A program made the position numbers and the translations under genes. Source: Carcharhinus amblyrhynchos (taxonomy: Eukaryota). Taken from it: a DNA stretch of 64,000 nt. Each line of letters begins with the position of its first letter. Within the stretch, counting starts at the first letter, position 1. The notes under the pieces are model-generated. The model did not search any database and was not told where the DNA came from. It was given only the letters and a program-made list of their open reading frames with translations. The stretch spans positions 74,834,001 to 74,898,000 of the forward strand of contig OZ336880.1 in the NCBI GenBank assembly GCA_965287045.1, in the 5' to 3' direction. Shown here one piece after another: positions 61,990 to 64,000 of the stretch.

Positions 61990-62380
61990 TAGCTAATTCA
62001 TCTCTGAGTTAGAAGGTTGTGGGTTCAAATCCCACTCTGTGGACTTCAGTGTAAACATTGAGGACAACATTTCAGTACAGTGAAGTGGTGTTGCCCTGTT
62101 TAAAGTTCCATCCTTTGAGTGAATCAATTTTTCAACTGATGCCCTTCCAGATTCCCTAGCACAATTTTGAGGAACAGGGGAGTTCTTCCTCATGTCTTGG
62201 CCCATATTTATCCCTGAACAGACATTGCTAAAACAGATTATCCGGTCATTTATCTCATTGCTGTTTGTGAGACGCAGCATGGTTCTGTAAATTACATTAA
62301 TAAATATTGTTTTGGCTGTAAAGTGCTTTAGGACATGCCAAGGTTGTGAAAGGCATTATATAAATGTAAGTTCTTTCTTT
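61990..62380 (+). mobile_element. Deu-domain SINE (SacSINE1/AmnSINE-related) with L2-type tail
   Basis: Head with gggttcaaatcccact; Deu-like core gaacaggggagttct..tgtcttggcccatatttatccct..aaaacagattatc..attgctgtttgtg; tail tgtaaagtgcttt..aaaggcattatataaatgtaagt. Confidence 0.85.
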
Positions 62381-62452
62381 ATACTGCGGTTCCTTCATTG
62401 TTGCAGTGCCAAACTCTTGTGACTCCTTGCCTAACAGTGCTGTTAGAGTACC

Positions 62453-62703
62453 TTAGAAACGCTACAGAGCACGAGGAGGCCATTCGGCCCATTGAGCCTG
62501 CACCAACCCACCCAGTCCCACAACTCCACGTATTTAATCCCATTGACACTAAGGACTAATTTAACATGGCCAATCAACCTAACCCACATATCTTTGGCAG
62601 GAAACTTGAGCGAATGTACAAACTTCACACAGTTATCTGTGGCCAGAATTGAACTTGGAGCTGTGAGGCAGCAGCGCTAATCCCTGCACCACAGTGCCAC
62701 CCT
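62453..62703 (-). mobile_element. HE1/V-SINE, tail A (internally deleted)
   Basis: Reverse copy with head and tail. Confidence 0.85.
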
Positions 62704-63112
62704 TAATCACACAAGCTTCAGAGGTTCAAGATAACGCTTGATGATCACCTTCTCAAGAGCAACCCAGGTCTGGGAAATAAAGTGCTGGCCTTTCCACACC
62801 TATTTTCTGTGAAGGAATGAAAAATAGACATATTGCTCTCTATTTCCTATACACGACGGCAGTGAGCGTGTCAAGATAGTCACTGCATGATCATTTTTAG
62901 ATGGGTTTCTTAAGTTTGAAACTAAAATAACACAAATCTTTAATTTGTCTTCATAAAAATCGAATGCCTTCCCTGCTTTCAAAAAAATATGTTCATCTTG
63001 ATGCGGATCTCCCTCCACCTGAAATTTCATTGCCTTTTCTCTTCTAGGTATTGACTGGCCTCCTGTGTATTTCCAAACTGTCCTGTCTAAATGCAAATAA
63101 ACAGGGAAGATG

Positions 63113-63415
63113 GTGGCATGGTGGCACAGTGGATAACACTGCTGTCTCAACAGCATCAGGAACCCGGGTTCAATTCCCGGTTTGGGTCAGGGTCTGTGTG
63201 GAGTCTGCACGTTCGCCGTGTCTGCGTGGGTTTCCTCTGGGTGCTCTAGTTTCCTCCCACCTCAGATGTACTGGTTAGGATGCACTGGCCATGCTAAATT
63301 CTCTCTTAGCGGACCCAAACAGACGCCAGAATGTGGCGACTAGGGGATTTTCACAGTAACTGCATTGCAGTGTTAATGTAAGCCTACCTGTGACATTAAT
63401 AAATAAAAATTAAAT
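63113..63415 (+). mobile_element. HE1/V-SINE, tail B
   Basis: Full copy ending tgtgacattaataaataaaa. Confidence 0.9.
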
Positions 63416-63539
63416 AAGTAATACAGTCAGCTCGACCGTAACAATAACTAGCTTAGGGTTATTGAAGCTCAGCAATTTCCTGACTTCCTCTATCCAACTT
63501 GGGATCAAAGATCCAGGCCTTAGTTTGAAAGAAGAGCAG

Positions 63540-63797
63540 AACTGGATGCTAAATATTCCTGGATTCCAGCTGATCAGGAAATATAGGGAGGGGGAGAAAG
63601 GATAACAATATCGATTGAGAAGAACATTTCAGGGCTGGAGAGAAAGGGTGTCATAGAATCCTACACAGCACAGAAGGATGCCATCCAGTTCATTGAGTTT
63701 GTACCAACCCTCTGAAAGAGCATTCCTCACAGGCCACGTCTCTCCCCATCACCCTATTCGCGTAACCCCATGCATTTAGCATGGCCAATCCACCTCA
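63540..63797. mobile_element. CR1 endonuclease-region fragment (+) followed by the 3' part of an HE1 tail-A SINE (-)
   Basis: W.LNIPGF-like ctggatgctaaatattcctggatt; catagaatcc...gcatggccaatccacct. Confidence 0.65.
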
Positions 63798-64000
63798 AGT
63801 GTTCAAAGATAGAATATGTTTCGTTAAACCTAAGAAACAACTGAGGCATCATTTCATTACATAGCGTATCGGCCAGCCACAGTGGGAAAGTTATAAAGGA
63901 ACAAATCTGCAGAGACATTACAGGTTGTTGCGAAAACTGTAGCATCATTATAATGAGGGCCTTTAATTATTTTAATATTGACTGGGATAGTGAGCGTGTC

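Overview
Eukaryotic, repeat-rich, essentially non-coding DNA from a cartilaginous fish. This is inferred from about 20 HE1/V-SINE-type SINEs with CR1(HER1)-type tails, plus Deu-domain SINEs, CR1, L2, Rex1/Babar, Penelope-like and PIF/Harbinger relics. I can support no intact protein-coding gene, and nearly all ORF-track entries are chance frames in repeats. Recognisable coding relics are a 5'-truncated, disrupted Rex1/Babar RT (33051-34627), two decayed Harbinger transposases (about 6.9-7.9 kb and 29.7-30.3 kb) and two decayed Harbinger Myb/SANT-like ORFs with splice signals (about 14.3-14.6 kb and 29.1-29.3 kb). There is also a decayed tRNA-Lys(CTT) at 18356-18428. Several multi-kb TE-poor islands contain good splice signals (best: exon 37036-37230), which suggests a large intron or 5'UTR region of an unidentified gene. 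Best leads: (1) one SINE head/body carried on two tails, the second apparently Rex/Babar-like, plus a SINE-Rex1 fusion; (2) Penelope fragments with minimal hammerhead-ribozyme motifs and fold-back structures; (3) Harbinger fossils alongside several MITE size classes; (4) a local rearrangement with a 40-bp templated insert and a ~210-bp inverted repeat. Repeat boundaries were read by eye and are approximate. Family names come from recalled consensus features, not from database searches.
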